Below are positions 40,006 through 53,197 of a stretch of DNA of 64,000 bases, piece after piece. The first letter of the stretch is position 1, and each line of letters opens with the position of its first letter. The DNA is taken from the NCBI GenBank assembly GCA_038087875.1, contig CM075988.1, positions 19,470,001-19,534,000 of the forward strand. The letters are read 5' to 3'. The translations under genes were made by a program, and so were the position numbers. Source of the stretch: Malacoraja senta (Eukaryota). Below the pieces are notes generated by a model. The model saw only the letters and a program-made list of their open reading frames with translations. It was not told where the DNA came from and ran no database searches.

Positions 40006-40121
40006 ACTGATAGGGGGTGGGGAGAAGAAAGGAAAAAAGGAAAAGGCGGAGGAGGAGCCCGAGGGCTGGGGGAGGGGAGGAGACAACCAGATGGCTGATG
40101 AAGGGGAGGGGACAGCCAGGG

Positions 40122-40688
40122 CTAGCAGAATTGGGAGAATTCAACGTTCAGGCCACCAGGATGTAGACTGCCCAAGCGGAATATGAGGTGCATTTCCTCC
40201 AATTTACGGTGTTGCTCGCTGTGGCCATGGAGGAGACCCAGGACAGAGAGGTCAGATACGGAATGGGAGGGGGAGTTGAAGTGCTGAGCCACCGGGAGTT
40301 CAGGTTGGTTATTGCGGACCGACCGGAGGTGTTCGGCGAAACGATCGCCAAGCCTCCGCTTGGTCTCACCGATGTAGATCAGCTGGCATCTAGAGCAGCG
40401 AATGCAATAGATGAGGTTGGAGGAGATGCAGGTGAACCTCTGTCGCACCTGGAACGACTGCTTGGGTCCTGGAATGGAGTGGAGGGGGGAAGTGAAGGGA
40501 CAAGTGTTGCATCTCTTGCGGTTGCAAGGGAAAGTACCAGGGGAGGGGGTGGTATGGGAGGGAAGGGAAGAATTGACAAGGGAGTTACGGAGGGAGCGGT
40601 CTTTGCGGAAGGCAGACATAGGGGGAGATGGGAAGATGTGGCGAGTGGTGGGGTCACGTTGGAGGTGGCGGAACTGACGGAGGATCAC
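40122..40688 (-). CDS. Penelope-like ORF C-terminus: Cys-rich linker plus GIY-YIG endonuclease (partial)
   Basis: CNRKRCNTC, FTCISSNLIYCIRCSRCQLIYIGETKRRLGDRFAEH, VAQHFN..H, terminal PGGLN. Confidence 0.9.
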   Translation of the reverse strand: MILRQFRHLQRDPTTRHIFPSPPMSAFRKDRSLRNSLVNSSLPSHTTPSPGTFPCNRKRCNTCPFTSPLHSIPGPKQSFQVRQRFTCISSNLIYCIRCSRCQLIYIGETKRRLGDRFAEHLRSVRNNQPELPVAQHFNSPSHSVSDLSVLGLLHGHSEQHRKLEEMHLIFRLGSLHPGGLNVEFSQFC

Positions 40689-40737
40689 TTGTTGTATGTG
40701 ACGGCTGGTGGGGTGAAAGGTGAGGACTACAAACCTA

Positions 40738-41022
40738 GTTCAGTTTAGAGATACAGCACAGGAACAGGTCCTTCTGCCCACCGAGTCCACGCCGACCAGT
40801 GATCTCTGCACACTAACGCCATCCTACACCCACTAGGGACAATTTGCAATCATACCAAGCCAACTAACCTACAAACCTGCCGGTCTTTGGAATGTCGGAG
40901 GAAACCGAGCACCCGATCAAAACCTACGCAGTCACAGGGAGAAGGTATAAACTCCGTACAGACAGCACCTGTAGTCAAGATCAACCCGGATCTCTGCCGC
41001 TTTAAGGCAGCAACTCTGCCGC
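40738..41022 (-). mobile_element. HE1-like SINE
   Basis: Reverse-complement SINE; its tail is adjacent to the Penelope insertion site. Confidence 0.85.
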
Positions 41023-41499
41023 TCATTAAGGAAGCACAAGTTGGTTTATCCTGATTATGAAACTCCTAGACCCCTACCAGAAGATTTCAGTAATCCAATC
41101 CAAAGAAAATAATTGAGGGAAAAGCTTGCAGAGTTGTACGCATATAATGAACATACTGCCAACGTTCACTCATTGTGAACTAGTGGGAGAGTCTAGGACC
41201 AGAGGCCATAGCCTCAGAATAAAAGAAAGGAGATGAGGAGGATTTTTTTTTTGTCAGAAGGTGGTGAATCTATGGAATTATTTGCCACAGATGGCTTTGG
41301 AGACCAAGTGAATGGATATTTTTAAGGCATATAGATGGACAGATTCTTGATTAGTACAGGTGTCAGGGGTTGTGGAGAAAGGCAGAAGAATGAGGTTGAG
41401 AGGGAAGGTAGATCAGCCGTGATTGAATGATGGAATAGACTGGATGTGCCCAATGGCCTAATATCGCTCTTGTCACATGAACCTATTGCTGACCACTGC

Positions 41500-41699
41500 N
41501 NNNNNNNNNNNNNNNNNNNNNNNNNNNNNNNNNNNNNNNNNNNNNNNNNNNNNNNNNNNNNNNNNNNNNNNNNNNNNNNNNNNNNNNNNNNNNNNNNNNN
41601 NNNNNNNNNNNNNNNNNNNNNNNNNNNNNNNNNNNNNNNNNNNNNNNNNNNNNNNNNNNNNNNNNNNNNNNNNNNNNNNNNNNNNNNNNNNNNNNNNNN
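41500..41699. other. Assembly gap (200 N), followed by an (AATGAGAG)n repeat
   Basis: Direct inspection. Confidence 0.99.
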
Positions 41700-42589
41700 A
41701 ATGAGAGAATGAGAGAATGAGAGAATGAGAGAATGAGAATGGATAAAAGGATGTGAGAGTTACAAAATGCAGAGCAGGTTGATATGTCCTGTGGGTCAGG
41801 CTGGGCTTGTTTCCTCCCACTTTCCCAGAGAGAGAAAATAAGAAGAAAAAGAAGAAAACACAGAAGATAAAAAACAGATAAGCTGAGCCAATATCAGGAA
41901 TGTTTTATTACCATATGTCCCAAGACGGAACAATGAAATTCTTACTGGCAGCAGAACAACAGACTGTAAACATAGTACACCTAGTATTCTGTAAACATAG
42001 ATGGACGGATGTTACAAAGATTTTTATATTTTAATTCAACATTTAAAATACATCTGGACCGGTACATGGATAGGATAGGTTTAAAGGGATATGGCCTAAA
42101 CCAGGCAGATGGGATTAGTGTAGATGGGGCATCTTGGTTGGCATGGGAAAGGTGGGCCGAGGGGCCTGTTTCCCTGCTGTATGTCTAGCTATGACTCTAG
42201 CGCAGGTGAACAAAATGATTCAGAACGCGGCGCACGAAATTCAAATTTATTTTTTTGGCAAAGGAAATTGTGAAATTGCCTATTCTTCAGACTTTTTGAT
42301 GGTTGCCCATAAATACCAGAGACATGAGAGTCTGGAGTACTAAAAATTCTGGCACTTGATCACTGCAGAATATTAACTACAACCCTTCCTCAGAAACTAT
42401 GATCTACCATGGAGTTTTGGTTGCATTACTGACTTTGGTTTTGCCCATCATGGTTAGTTTACCGACTATCACTGATTGTTAATGTATCCTCGTATTGATC
42501 ATCATATATTGATCTGGGTGTTTACGAGTCTTCAAAGCTACAGCAAGCAAGAATTGGATTGTTCTGACTCTCTTGAAATTCAACATAAA

Positions 42590-42895
42590 ATAGTGGCACA
42601 GAGGCAGAGCTCCTGCCTTGCAGCGCCAGAGACCCAGGTTTGATCCTGACCGTGGATGCTGTCTGTACGGAGTTTGTACGTTCTCCCTGTGACCGCACGG
42701 GTTTTGTATGGGTGCTCCAGTTTCCTCCCACATTCCAAAGACGTGCAGGTTTGTAGGTTAATTGGCTTCTGTAAAATTGTAAATTGTCTCTAGTGCGTAG
42801 GATAGTGCTAGTGTACGGGGTGATCGCTAATCGGCGCAGACTCGGTAGGTCAAAGGGCCTGCTTCCGCACTGTATCTCTAAAGTAAAGTAAACGA
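42590..42895 (+). mobile_element. HE1-like SINE
   Basis: Head, V-domain and tail. Confidence 0.87.
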
Positions 42896-43489
42896 AAGTG
42901 GTGCGAATAATAGTAGCTTAAAGGATTTTGAGTGTTAACTTTGTTTCTCTACAATGCTGCCTGTCTTACAATGTATTTATTGCGTTTTCAGTTTCATTTG
43001 TCAGAATTTCTAGTGCAATGGAAAATAATGCACTCATGAATGTTGTGGTGCTAAGAGATTAAGTTAGCATCTGAGTTCTCTGAGTTCTAAGAACAGGCTC
43101 CACGCTTTCATGCTCTTGTTGGGTCTGTGATGTATGTTGCCGATGATCTACCAATGTCCCACCCCAAGTAGTCAGCCTCAAAGCTGATAAATTGGACAAG
43201 CAAAACATTTTGATTTCAGAGACTGTCATTAATTATTTTAGCATAAAACAATCCATTAAATATGAATAAGAACTAATGAAAGCATTAATTCAATTAGGTT
43301 TCAAATGCACGCTGTGGAAAGAGAGCAAGAATCGGAAGTTGAGGGCAAGTAAACACTGCAGTAATTATTTTATGGCCTCAAAAGTGTATCAGACAAGGGA
43401 GTGGAAAAGTGTCTACTTTAGCGCAAAGAAGCAGTAACAGCCGGAAATGGTAGAACTGGTTATGAATCACTGCAGAGTGGTCGCCTTCA

Positions 43490-43890
43490 TCATAGAGCTG
43501 AACAGCACGGGGACAGGCCCTTCAGCCCATCTGGTCCATGCCAGCCAAGCTGGCTTACTATTCTAGTCCCATTAACCTGCATTTGGCCATTGTCCACCAA
43601 ACCCTTTCTATCCATACATCTGCCCAAAAGACTTTAAAAATAAACCCCCAACTGTATCTCCATCCATAGCTTCTTCTGGCAGCTCATTCCATATACAGAC
43701 TACCTGCTGAGTGAAAAGGTTGCCCCTAAGGTTCCTCTTAAATCTCTCCCACTTCTCCTGAAGCCCACGACCCTAGTTTTCGAATCCTCTACCTGAGGGA
43801 AAAAAGTGTTTGCTTTATCCATGCCCCTCATAATCTTGTACGCTTCAGTAAGGTCACCCCTCAGCCTCCTACGCTCCAAAGGAAAAAGCT
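43490..43890 (-). mobile_element. CR1 LINE 3' fragment
   Basis: Peptide LERRRLRGDLTEAYKIMRG. Confidence 0.8.
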
Positions 43891-44252
43891 CCAACTGCAA
43901 CAGGGTACAGTTCATCTATGCTTTTAGAAAGTGATCAACTTTATTTATTACCCATGAACAATTCCCCCCTGCCAGGAATTTGAAGCTGCTAATGTTAAAT
44001 TAATACACAATGACACTAAATAGAATGATTTTCAGCATAGGTTTGATTCTCCTGCAGTGATTATTGCTTCAGAAGGTTGGCCTGTGTCTCGATGGTTCCA
44101 TGGTAAAATCTTCCATTTCCCGCACTAACGTTATGAAAGAATTCCCTGGCTCTCACTTGAAAAATTCAAAGTAGCCATGCCTGTGTCTGCTGCCTAGGTT
44201 CGCCAGCTCTGAAGAGTTGGCTGGGCAGTCACATTCTCTTCAACAAATAATA

Positions 44253-44580
44253 GGGCAACACAGTGGCGCAGCAGGTAGAGCTGCTGCCGCACAGTGCCAG
44301 AGACCTGCGTTCGATCCTGACCTCAGGTGCTGTCCGTGTGGAGTTTGCACGTTCTCCCTGTGACCACGTGGGTTTCCTCCAGGCGCTCCGGTTTCCTCTC
44401 ACATCCCAAAGACGTGCGGGTTTGTCGGTTAATTGGCCTCTGTAAATTGTCCATAGTGTGCATGCACTAAATGCACTAGTGGATGCAAAAATGCAATAAC
44501 ATGAAATTAGAGTGAACAGGTGACAACATGGACTTGGTGGGCCGAAGGGCCTGTTTCCATGCTCTATCTTTCAATCAATT
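44253..44580 (+). mobile_element. HE1-like SINE
   Basis: Head, V-domain and tail. Confidence 0.87.
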
Positions 44581-45907
44581 AATACATGGAAAATACTTCA
44601 GAAAAATGATGATTCTGAGGACAAATTATATTATTCCTCAGGATCTATTCCCTCCTGATAACTTAGATTGCTTTCTCTCGAACATCCAGAGGTTGAGCGA
44701 TGACCAGATAGAAGTGTATAAAATTAAGTGAGATAGGTTCTGATTGTCGTACTATCTATCTCCCAGGGTTAAAATGTCACAGACCAGAGGGCATAGCTCT
44801 AACTGAGAGGGACAAAGCTTCAAGGAGATATGTGGAGCTAGTCTTTACACAGAGAGTAGTGTAAAGTCCAACTGTGATTGACCTTCCAACACCCTTTCAG
44901 GTTATCCATGCTCACTACTCATGGTTCATGCCAAACATAAAGTGCTGGAGGAACTCAGGGGGTCAGGCTGCATCTGCGGAAGTAAATGGACGGTCAACAT
45001 TTCATATCGACACCCTTCAAAAGACTGAGTTCCTCCAGCATTTTTTTGTTGCTCAAGATTACTGCATCTGCTATCCTTTGTGTCTCCTTTCCTCATTCTA
45101 GTTCAAGACAATAAGACCATATGACATCGGAGCAGAATTAGGCCATACAGCCCATCGAGTCTGCTCCACCATTCAATCGTGGCTGATCTATTATTCCATC
45201 TCAATCTCATTCTCCTGCCTTCTCCTCGTTACCTCCTCACCATCGCCAATGAAGCCATACACAAGTACAACAGGTAAGGCAAAGAGAAAAACACCAGAGT
45301 GCTGAATATAGTGTTCCAGCGTTACAGTTTCAGGGAAAGAGCAAATAAAGAACTAAAAAAAATCCTCAGTGAGGTAGAGATCAAGATTGCACCATTAGCT
45401 CATGAGAGGTCTGTTTAATTGTATTATAACAGTTGGGGTGAAGTTGTGCTATATTACATAAGTTTAACAATGGGTAGGGTTATGTTGATTATGTAATGAA
45501 ATGAAAGCAAGCATACATAGATCAATACGTTATGGATTACTGCAGAAACCAAACGTTTCTGACTGGCAGATAAATTATCTTACAGACAGTTCTCGGAAAC
45601 AGAAGGCCTCCTAACCCGAGACTGCCCGCACTGCCCATGTGCCTTCTCCAGGACTCTGCATCCCAACCTTTCCACGTTTTTACCTATTTTCTTCCCTGTA
45701 GCAATAAACCTAAACTTACACCCAAGGAACAGCTTCTTCCCATTCTATTACAAGGCTTTGAACAGTCCTTACATAAGTTAGGGTGTGTCCTATTCACCTC
45801 TACCCCATTGCGGACATTGGACTTTGTCTGTGGAACTGATGTACTACAATGCAGATAACTATATTCTGCACTATGTATCTTCCCATCTACCCTACCTATC
45901 GTACTTA

Positions 45908-46377
45908 GATACATAGATACATAGAAAATAGGTGCAGGAGTAGGCCATTCAGCCCTTCGAGCCTGCACCGCCATTCAATATGATCATGGCTGATCATCCA
46001 ACTCAGTATCCCGTACCTGCCTTCTCTCCATACCCCCTGATCCCTTTAGCCACAAGGGCCACATCTAACTCCCTCTTAAATATAGCCAATGAACTGGCCT
46101 CAACTACCCTCTGTGGCAGAGAGTTCCAGAGATTCACCACTCTCTGTGTGCAAAAGTTTTTTCTCATCTCAGTCTTAAAGGATTTCCCCCTTATCCTTAA
46201 GCTGTGACCCCTTGTCCTGGACTTCCCCAACATCGGGAAAAATCTTCCTGCATCTAGCCTGTCCAACCCCATAAGAATTTTGTACGTTTCTATAAGATCC
46301 CCTTTCAATCTCCTAAATTCTAGCAAGTATAAGCCAAGTCTATCCAGTCTTTCTTCATATGAAAGACCTGACATCCA
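45908..46377 (-). mobile_element. Young CR1 LINE 3' fragment inserted in a Rex1/Babar-like 3' UTR
   Basis: ORF 46003-46374 is near-identical to the C-terminus of 62276-63838. Confidence 0.92.
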
Positions 46378-46899
46378 GTTTGATTGACTTGAGTTTAATT
46401 TGATTGTATCTATTCAAGGTATTATCTCATCTGTTTGGTTAGCATGCAAAACAATACTTTTCACTGTACCTCAGTACACATAATAATAGACCTAAACCTA
46501 AACCTATGGTGTCATATTTTTTCAACACTCTCTGAATACAACCCATAACAGAAGAGTTTGTTGGTTATCTTTCAGTAGTGAACACCCTGGACTGAATTTT
46601 CTCAAGGAATGAGAAATGAAATTAATTCAAGCTGAGAACAGCCAATTCAGAGCATGGCAATAATCAGGCCTGTTCCTCTCCTGATTCATATGACTTGGGA
46701 TAATGTTTCCTATTGGCACATTAGGGAACTCACACTCTCTCACCCCTGGGAGTTCTATCATCATTAACCACTCATGATTTGCTTTACACATTTCCACATC
46801 ATTAGACCCATAAAGAACCTATTTAGTTTGAGGCAATGCTGTGAGTAACTCTATCAAATGGAACCAGACAAGAGAAACCTCATACACAGGCTCGATGTA

Positions 46900-47515
46900 T
46901 TGGTATTGCTTTATTATTCTCATGTGTACTGAGATAAAGTGAAAAACTTTGTTTTGCCTGCGTCCCAGTCAGATCATACCATGCGCAAGTACGACAGGTA
47001 ATGAGAAGAGAGAAAGGAAACAGTACAGGATATAAAGTTACAATTTCAGAGAAAGTGCAGATAAAAAGTGCAATGGCCGCAACGAGGTTGAGCGGAAGAT
47101 CGGGAAAATTCCTCCTTAGCATGTGAGAGGTCCATTCGAGAATTTAATATGTAGTAAGGAACTGCAGGTGCTGGTTTACACTAAAGATAGACGCAAAATG
47201 CTGGAGTTACTCCGGCATTTTGTGTCTATCTTCAAGAGTTTAATATAGCAGGGAAGAAGCTGTTCCTGAATCTGGTGTTACATGCTTTCAAGATTTTGTG
47301 TGTTCTGCCTGACGGGAGAGGGGTGAAGAGGGAATGGCCTGGGTGTAGGTGGTCCTTACTTATGTCGACTGCTTTCCTGAGGCAGCGTGAAGTGTAGGTG
47401 GTCGATGGTGGGTGGGGGAAGTTGGATTGTGTGATGGACTGTGCAGCGTCCACAACTCTCTGCAGTTAGTTCCTCAAGGTCTTGAGCAGAGCTGTTGCCA
47501 AACCAAGTTGTGATA
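46900..47515 (-). mobile_element. Rex1/Babar-like LINE 3' fragment
   Basis: Peptide AAQSITQ..CLRKAVDISKD..HPGHSLFTPLPSGR..RFRNSFFP. Confidence 0.78.
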
Positions 47516-47884
47516 TGAAAAAAGTGAGCAAATTCTCACCTTTGACTTGCTGGGGCTGCCTGATCCTGTGGCAAACCCCTGAAGCAGAACGCTCGAGTTA
47601 TATATTGTGCCTTTGCCAATATCTTTAGTCAGAGGATGGTGAATCTGAGGAATTCATTGCTACAGAAGCCTGTGGAGGCCATCAATGGATATTTTAAAGG
47701 CAGAGATAGATGGTTTCTTGATTAGTACGGGTGCCAGGGGTTATGGGGAGAAGGGGGTTAAGAGGGAAAGAGAGATCACCCATGAATGAATGGCAGAGTA
47801 AACTTGATGGGCCGAATGACCTAATTCTGCTCCTATCACATGAACTTCTATCCATCATTCAACCAACATTAAAGGAAAAAAAAT

Positions 47885-48025
47885 AACAGATGATATTGTG
47901 CTAATCACATGGGAACTTGCTGTGTGCTAATTGGTTGCCATGGTTCCTACATTACAATTGAGACTAATTCATGGACTGCAAAATGTTGGGGGAACTCCTG
48001 TCGAGATGAAAGCCTCTATAAAGAT
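47885..48025 (+). mobile_element. Old Deu-domain SINE (SacSINE1/AmnSINE-like) 3' relic
   Basis: GGGAACTTGCTGTGTGCTAATTGGTTGCCATGGTTCCTACATTACAA...GAAAGCCTCTATAAA resembles the recalled consensus. Confidence 0.55.
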
Positions 48026-48788
48026 ATCTTAACCAGGGAGACCCCACAGGAGACAAGCCCCCTCAGTATAGCTTTGATCATTACGCATGTGAACTCCAGC
48101 TTCCACTTGCTCCCCAGTCCCCTGCTGACACGTCCCAGCAACATGTCCTGCCCCATACTGCTTTCCAACAAAAATAAATCACTGAGGTTGTCAAGGATAC
48201 CACAGAGAGTTTTCAGAGAAACTAATGAACCCTACACCCACCGCAAAAAAATAACTATATGGTTGAACGTTGGCAATTTGGATGTTATTTAACAAAATGC
48301 ACACAATTTCCACACAATTAATTTTTACAGCACTATCTTGTGTAAACAAAATTAATTGCCCATAGTTGCTGTTATCACAACGTTGCTCTGAAAATGAAGC
48401 TTTGATGCATCGTCAACATGTCTTGATGCGATTAGTTACTAAGCTGCCCCTGGTCTGTGTGATTAAGTGAAGTTTCCCTCATCTCCTTTACAGTTTGAAC
48501 TAAGATTTTAAATCAGGATTCACTAGTCTAGGGTGTTGATGGAATTTCAAAAGATCATCCGTTTTTCCAAAGTTATTTGGTAAATCACGTAACTCAAATC
48601 ATGAACCAGACCCGGAGATTAACTAAGTGCCAGAAGGCAGAAAGTGTGGACGATGGGAAGATGAGGTTGGAGTTTGGACTTCTTGAGTTTGGAAGCTGGA
48701 CTCATCTAGCCAAGCAGAGGGAATCCTATCATATTGTTGACTAGTAGATGATGGAGAGGCTCTGTGGTGCTGGAAGGTTCAATCACTT

Positions 48789-49075
48789 TGGCGCAGCGGT
48801 AGAGCTGCTACCTTACAGTGCCAGAGACCCGGGTTCGATCCTGACCACGGGTGCTGTCCATACATAGTTTGTTCCTTCTCCCTGTGACCGCGTGGATTTT
48901 CCCCGGTTGCTCCGGTTTCCTCCCACATTCCAAAGACGTACAGGTTTGTATTTTAATCGGTTTCAGTAAAAATTGTAAATTGTCCCTACTGTGTAGGATA
49001 GTACAGGATTGTTGGTTGGTCTGGACTCGGTGGGCCGAAGGGCCTGTTTCCGTGCTGAATCTCTAAACAAAACTA
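48789..49075 (+). mobile_element. HE1-like SINE
   Basis: Head, V-domain and tail. Confidence 0.87.
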
Positions 49076-49574
49076 GACAAACATCGAGGACACTCATATA
49101 GGTAGGAATATATATATAGGTAGGAAAGAACTGCAGATGTTTAAGGTCTGGTGCTCGTCTGTGGGGTCATGGTCCATGGATAAGTAGGAGGAGGTCTCGA
49201 CCCCATTCCTTCTCTCCAGAGATGCTGCCTGTCCCGCTGAGTTACTCCAGCATTTTGTGTCCATCTTCATCTTTATACATATAAACTTGCATTGCATGCT
49301 CATCATATGAATGGACTTGTTATGTAAAATGGTTGCTTGTATAAGGACAGATTCAACTTGGGGTTAAAGTAGAAGTTTACAGACATTACTCTGGCTTGAG
49401 GAAATGTACAAAATCCTTTGTTATTCACAAAGCACAGATGGATGAAAACGTCTCAGACAGACCGGCCATATAATATCGAAGTTTCACCGCCAGAGCAAGC
49501 TTTGAAAAACGTCCTTACAATTTACTGATCACTCAAATGTCTGGCCTGGTTTTCTACAACAAACCTGACCAACA

Positions 49575-49990
49575 CTCTGGAGTTTAGAAGGATGAGAGGG
49601 TATCTCATTGAAACATATAAGATTGTTAAGGGCTTGGACACGCTAGAGGCAGGAAACATGTTCCCGATGTTGGGGGAGTCCAGAACCAGGGGCCACAGTT
49701 TAAGAATAAGGAGTAAGAATAAGGAGTTAGAACGGAGACGAGGAATCACAGAGAGTGGTGAGTCTGTGGAATTCTCTGCCTCAGAGGGCGGTGGAGGCGG
49801 GATCTCTGGATACTTTCAAGAGAGAGCTAGATAGGGCTCTTAAAACTAGCGGAGTCAGGGGATATGGGGAGAAGGCAGGAACGGGGTACTGATTGGGGAT
49901 GATCAGCCATGATCACATTGAATGGCGGTGCTGGCTCGAAGGGCCGAATGGCCTACTCCTGCACCTATCGTCTATTGTCTATTGTCTATA
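49575..49990 (+). mobile_element. CR1 LINE 3' fragment
   Basis: Peptide RGYLIETYKIVKGLD..ESRTRGHSLRI; tail (TCTATTG)n. Confidence 0.88.
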
Positions 49991-52589
49991 ACAGCAGATA
50001 ATTTTGCTACTAGTCTGTTGCTCGCTGCTGTGGTCGCTTTCCAGGGGTTTTATTTTCTTCCTGAAATCTGCGCTCAATCCTGTTTGAAAGCGCTGAACAT
50101 TTTAATCGCTTGCTCGTTATGAAACTCGCAGGTGCCCTGGCCCCACACTCTGCTCACAGTCAAGCAAATCTGCCGGTAAAATTACTTCCTTTTCCCAGCT
50201 GGTAGTGTGCCACCGTTACTGCCTGAAGCGATGAGTGTGCTCGACAAACCAACAGTTCCCGCACTGACTCATACGCCTGAACTGTGAGGCAGATTCTCGA
50301 CCATAATTATGAGCACACATGCACTCAAATAGTAACAGGTCTCAGGGAAAGACTGTAGCTTTGTGCAAAAAAACTAACGCCCGCTAAGCTGATTCTCCAA
50401 CACAAATCAGCACACGTGCGTAATCTTTTCTTACATGCAAGATTCCTGCGAGGTTTAAATATGGGGTTTTTTTAGTGACTGAGTCACGTTCGTCACAGAA
50501 TCACTGAAGAATTATTGAGCGGTTACTGGGCCCAATGTCTCAATGTCGGCCAAAAGAGGTAGCGTTTAATTTAATCCATCCCAGATTTCAGGCTGTGGAT
50601 TGCGATTCTTCAAGTACTCCTCCAGGACCTCTGGTACTGCCTGTAATTACTCAATCCATCCTTTAATTCCTTTCAGGCAACTATACCTCATTAGCCACGT
50701 TCCAGGCCTCTAGTACATGCCTGTCGTCAAAGTGGATTGGAAAATGATAGCTGTAGCCTAGCTGTTTCCTCCCTTGTGCATAGCAAGAGCCTTGGAAACA
50801 ATTTACGCCAATCTGGCAGTGCCCACATGTAACGATGGCAGAGTCCATTGTTTTCACATTGATAATTCCAGTATTTAACATTTCATCTGCCTCAACATTT
50901 CTTCTGCCTGAGGAATATTAAGCTCCTCTTCTCTGGCAAGTCTTCATTCTCCCAGTTATTCCCTCTTTTCTCCTCTTCCATCAGGCAAGAGGTACATAAC
51001 TGTGAAAACGCACTCTTCCAAATTCGGGGGCAGCTGTTGTCAGGCAATTGAACCCTCCTCTCACCAGCTTGAGAACGGCACGGACCTCCCATCTACCTCA
51101 ATGGAGATCTCGGACCATCTTTAATCAGATTTTACTGGACTTTACCTTGCACTAAACTTATTCCCTTTATCCTGTATCTGTACACTGTGGACGGCTTGAT
51201 TCTAATCATGTATAGTCTTTCTGCTGACTAGATAGCATGCAATAAGAAAGCTTTTCACTGTACCTCGGTACACGTGACATTCAACTAAACTAACTTACAA
51301 TTTCATCAAGTTACTGTTCTAACTTGGAACATTTCACGCCAAGAGTCAAGTGGGAAGCTGTGAGTGTCAAGGTGCTTGGTTGGAAAACAAGTCTAAAAGG
51401 TTTGAAGGACGAGCTGTTCTTGCTTTGTTCGATGTGTCTCATTGTTATATGTACCGCAACAGAACAATGAAATTCTTACTCGCTGCAGCATTGCAGGCCG
51501 GTTAACACAATAACACACAGATTAAAATATATCAATTAAAAATGCAATGAACATACAATAAATAAGCAGCCTGGAAAATATTTTTGCACAATTGTTCTGT
51601 TGAGCAAAGGCTCATAAAGTGGAGAAATCTGCTTTAAAATAAAATAAAGAATTTGCGATTTATGCAAAATATACTCATCAAGAAAATGAATAAAGGTAAC
51701 ACTCATATCCATTATGTTCCCTTCCGAACCAGCTACTTGAACTCTGTCAGAGAACATTCTGAAATATTGGACTCACTACATCATAGGATGGTTTACAAAC
51801 ATTTGTAAACAGCCATGGGATTAATGGTGTAGAAGGAACAGCAGATGCTGGTTTAAACCGAAAAGAAAACTCTGGAGTAACTCAGCGGGACAAGCAGCAT
51901 CACTGGAGAGAAGGAATGGGTGACTTTTCGGGTCGAGACACTTCTTCAGACTAATGGTGCCAGGAATCAATGGTGCCACGTCACACCAAATGTGCCAGAG
52001 TGTGTGAGGCTCCAAGCTTCCCTGATCCTCCTCTGCCATCGTAAAACTACAATGAATCATAAGTTCACAAGTTATAGGAACAGAATTAGGCCATTTGGCC
52101 CATCAAGTCTACTCCTCCATTCAATCATGGCTGATCTATCTTTCCCTCCCAACCCCATTCTCCTGTCTTCTCCCCATAACCCCTGACACCCGTACTAATC
52201 AAGAATCTGTCAATCTCCACCTTAAAAATATCGATTGACCGCCATGGGTGACTCCACAGCCTTCTGTGCCAATGAATTCCACAGATTCACCACCCTCTGA
52301 CTAATGAAATTCCTCCTTATCCCATTTCTAAAGGTCTATTAGGCGAGTTGTCGCATGTTTGCACATGCCCACTCTGTGCAACGTGACTGCAGGAGTCAGG
52401 CGCAGGAACATACTTTCTGCTCATTGGGTTTATAGCATAAGTGCCCACTTAAGGAAACTGATTGCAGCACTTTGTTGCAGCTTGCTAGCTGAGTGTTCTG
52501 ATCAAAAACAGCTCCCAGAGTGGAGATTTGGCTGCTTCCTGACTATGATAAATGAAGGGAAATGTCCCTTGTTGAATTTCAATAGTCAA

Positions 52590-53180
52590 GAGTATTCAAT
52601 TGTCATATGTACCAACGGCAGTACAAAGAAAATCTTACTTGCTGCAGCATAACAGGCCTGTAATTGCATTAATACACAACAAATATATATATATATATAT
52701 AATAATCAATAAAACAATAAATTAATAACTGCAATATCAGGTAACCAAAATGGTGCAAAACCAAACTCCGTAATGCAACCAAAAACACAGTCGATAGAAG
52801 ATCACAGTTGCTGAGGTTAGCGTTATGCAGTGTTCAAGAGCCTGATGGTTGCTAGGAAGAAGCTGTTCTTGAACCTGGAGGTCACGGTTTTCAGGTAGCA
52901 GCGGGATGAGACATTGGCCAAGGTGATGTCAATCTTTGCTGATACTGGCGGATTTTTGAGGTCGCACCTTCTATAGATCCCTTCGATAGTGGGGAGGTCA
53001 GTACCCATTATGGACCAGCAGAATCTACCACTCTCTGTATTCTCCTTTATCCTGGGCTTTCGATTTGCTGAACCAGGCCGTGATTCAACCAGCTAGGCTG
53101 CTCTCTACGCTACATCTGCAAACATTTAATAAGAGAATTTATAACGTAACAAAACTCCTCTGTCTTCTAAGGAAGTAGAG
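52590..53180 (-). mobile_element. Rex1/Babar-like LINE 3' fragment (a similar copy lies at ~55060-55460)
   Basis: Peptide GTDLPTIEGIYRR..TSRFKNSFF. Confidence 0.7.
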
Positions 53181-53197
53181 ATAATGAGGAGTAATCT

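Larger units (their letters stand above)
39912..40725 (-). mobile_element. Penelope-like retroelement, 5' truncated (GIY-YIG region plus pLTR)
   Basis: TSD ACTACAAACCTA at 39900-39911 and 40726-40737; ORF listed below; hammerhead-like core at 39977-40005. Confidence 0.9.

Noticed and set aside
40188..40748. 186-aa plus-strand ORF
   Set aside because: Antisense shadow of the Penelope GIY-YIG ORF.
41446..41820. ORFs spanning the N run
   Set aside because: Artefacts of the assembly gap; contiguity across the gap is not assured.
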